A stretch of DNA of 52,261 nt, from assembly GCA_965657765.1 (NCBI GenBank), contig CBFHQN010000001.1:1-52261 (forward strand), given 5' to 3'. Source of the DNA: Luminiphilus sp. GTDB taxonomy: Bacteria; Pseudomonadota; Gammaproteobacteria; Pseudomonadales; Halieaceae. Under the pieces are notes generated by a model. It was not told where the DNA came from. It saw only the letters and a list, made by a program, of their open reading frames with translations, and ran no database searches. Position numbers and translations under genes: made by a program. Positions 50,340-52,261 of this stretch are shown one piece after another (position 1 is the first letter of the stretch; the number at the start of each line of letters is the position of its first letter).

Positions 50340-51290
50340 GTGACTTATAAAAAGACAACAGCGGTTATTTTTGAAAAGCCCGGGGCGCTAGAGCTTCGAG
50401 AGGCCTCTCTGCGCGCACCCGCAGCAAATGAATGCCTTATTGAGTCTGACTGGTCAGGAATATCGACAGGCACTGAACGTCTGATGCTGACAGGACACAT
50501 GCCGCCCTTCCCCGGGTTGGGCTATCCACTCGTTCCTGGCTATGAAACAACAGGTCGAGTGATACAAGCCCCCAAAGGATCAATGATCTCCGAAGGTGCA
50601 CGCGTCTTTGTACCAGGTGGTGTCGGCTTTACCGACGCAAAAAATCTCTTTGGTGGCAGCGCACGACACGTCATTTGCCCCGAAGATCGAGTCGTACCCA
50701 TCAACGATGACCTTGCTCAAGACGGTGTTCTCCTTGCACTAACAGCGACAGCACGACACGCGCTCAGACGGTGCGAAGCTGTTGGGCCGCCGGAGTTGAT
50801 CGTCGGGCACGGTGTGCTCGGGCAATTAGTCGCTCGACTTACCGAGTCCCTTTACGGTCAGTCCCCCGTTGTTTGGGAGACCAATCCTCAACGACGAATC
50901 AGCAAGGGTAATTATCGCGTCTGCGATATCGGTGATGATGACCGACGCGACTATGGCGTTGTGTGTGATGTCAGCGGAAGTGCCAACGCGCTCAATCAAA
51001 TGATTTCACGCTGTCGCCCTGGTGCGACAGTTGTCATGGCGGGATTTTACTCCTCAGCCGTGACATTCGACTTTCCACCCGCATTTATGAGGGAAATCAA
51101 TCTCTTAATAAGTGCGGAATGGCAACCCCAAGACCTAAGAGAAGCAGCAGAACTCGCGTCGAACGGTAAGTTGGATCTAACCCATCTCATTACCGATGTC
51201 TTGCCGGCCACACAGGCCGAGTCAGCCTATAACCGAGCCTTCAACGATAACAGCTGTCTAAAAATGGTCATCGACTGGAGATCGATATGA
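50340..51290 (+). CDS. bchC: 3-hydroxyethyl bacteriochlorophyllide a dehydrogenase
   Basis: SGISTGTE, MPPFPGLGYPLVPGYE, LLALTATARHA, FPPAFMRE, CLKMVIDW. Confidence 0.95.
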   Translation: MTYKKTTAVIFEKPGALELREASLRAPAANECLIESDWSGISTGTERLMLTGHMPPFPGLGYPLVPGYETTGRVIQAPKGSMISEGARVFVPGGVGFTDAKNLFGGSARHVICPEDRVVPINDDLAQDGVLLALTATARHALRRCEAVGPPELIVGHGVLGQLVARLTESLYGQSPVVWETNPQRRISKGNYRVCDIGDDDRRDYGVVCDVSGSANALNQMISRCRPGATVVMAGFYSSAVTFDFPPAFMREINLLISAEWQPQDLREAAELASNGKLDLTHLITDVLPATQAESAYNRAFNDNSCLKMVIDWRSI

Positions 51291-52261
51291 GCACTACGAT
51301 TGCAACCGCAACAGAATATGATCCTGGCTTAGAGGCAAGTGGAGAAAGGGCAGACCTACTTGCAACCTCAGCCGACAACGCCGAAGGCACGCAAATCATT
51401 GCTATTTACGGCAAAGGCGGCATTGGAAAGAGCTTCACACTTGCGAATCTGAGCTACATGATGGCGCAGCAGGGCAAGAAAGTACTGCTGATTGGCTGTG
51501 ATCCAAAGAGCGATACCACATCGCTGCTATTCGGCGGCAAGGCCTGCCCCACCATTATCGAAACTGCATCAGCGAAAAAAGCCGCTGGCGAAGAGTGCCG
51601 CGTTGAGGACGTCTGTTTCAAGCGAGATGGTGTTTACGCCATGGAGCTGGGAGGCCCTGAAGTGGGCCGAGGCTGTGGTGGTCGCGGCATCATTCACGGC
51701 TTCGAAACCCTCGAAAAGCTTGGTTTCCATGACTGGGACTTTGACTATGTTCTCCTCGACTTCCTGGGCGACGTCGTTTGTGGTGGCTTTGGTCTGCCAA
51801 TTGCACGCGATATGTGCCAAAAAGTGATTGTTGTTGCGTCAAACGACCTCCAATCACTCTATGTTGCAAACAATGTTTGTTCGGCTGTCGAGTACTTCCG
51901 AAAGCTCGGTGGCAATGTTGGCGTTGCCGGTATGGTAACCAACAAGGATGACGGCACAGGACAAGCTCAAGCTTTCTGTAAAGCCGTTGGGATTCCTGAG
52001 CTTGCATCGATCCCTGCTAACGAGGATATCCGTCGAAAGAGTGCGAGTTACGAAATTATCGGACACCCCGATGGTGACTGGGGCCCTCTTTTTGCGGGCT
52101 TGGCAGCAAATGCAGCGGAGTCAATACCCCATCGACCAACTCCGATGACTCAAGATGAACTTCTCGGGCTTTTTGACAGCGATGAAGTAGGTAGAGACGT
52201 CGTATTACAGCCCGCCACACTCGCAGATCTCTGCAGCGTGGAAACACTGAACAAACCTTCT
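51287..52261 (+). CDS. bchX: Chlorophyllide a reductase iron protein subunit X (truncated by window end; absent from the ORF track)
   Basis: Hand translation from ATG 51287: IAIYGKGGIGKSFTLANLS, IGCDPKSD, GGPEVGRGCGGRG, DFLGDVVCGGFGLPIARD; ATGA overlap with bchC. Confidence 0.95.
   Translation, partial: MSTTIATATEYDPGLEASGERADLLATSADNAEGTQIIAIYGKGGIGKSFTLANLSYMMAQQGKKVLLIGCDPKSDTTSLLFGGKACPTIIETASAKKAAGEECRVEDVCFKRDGVYAMELGGPEVGRGCGGRGIIHGFETLEKLGFHDWDFDYVLLDFLGDVVCGGFGLPIARDMCQKVIVVASNDLQSLYVANNVCSAVEYFRKLGGNVGVAGMVTNKDDGTGQAQAFCKAVGIPELASIPANEDIRRKSASYEIIGHPDGDWGPLFAGLAANAAESIPHRPTPMTQDELLGLFDSDEVGRDVVLQPATLADLCSVETLNKPS

Noticed and set aside
51287-52261. NifH-like motifs suggesting nitrogenase
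   Set aside because: KSFTLANLS and GLPIARD signatures plus coupling to bchC identify it as BchX

Overview
A gene-dense bacterial chromosome segment, most likely from a marine aerobic anoxygenic phototrophic gammaproteobacterium (OM60/NOR5, Halieaceae-like; inferred from gene content, not verified by a search). In order it holds: a secreted Ntn-hydrolase acylase; a five-gene beta-1,3-glucan locus (GH158/GH2-like, MFS sugar transporter, GH149 phosphorylase, two GH17) whose enzymes lack signal peptides; a ThDP enzyme; an RND pump; two convergent two-subunit molybdo-hydroxylase operons with TetR, XdhC and MocA; lipid-catabolism genes; and the left edge of a photosynthesis gene cluster (crtD, bchIDO, crtIB, crtC, crtEF, bchC, partial bchX). 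The cluster promoters carry tandem PpsR-type TGT-N12-ACA boxes spaced 7-8 bp apart. The most intriguing signal is a degenerate PpsR pair with the same 7-bp spacing between a cytochrome P450 and a membrane-protein/crtD operon, which suggests an uncharacterised pigment-linked module. A 26-bp-period triple repeat upstream of doxX is also unexplained. I saw no rRNA, tRNA, CRISPR array or mobile element.
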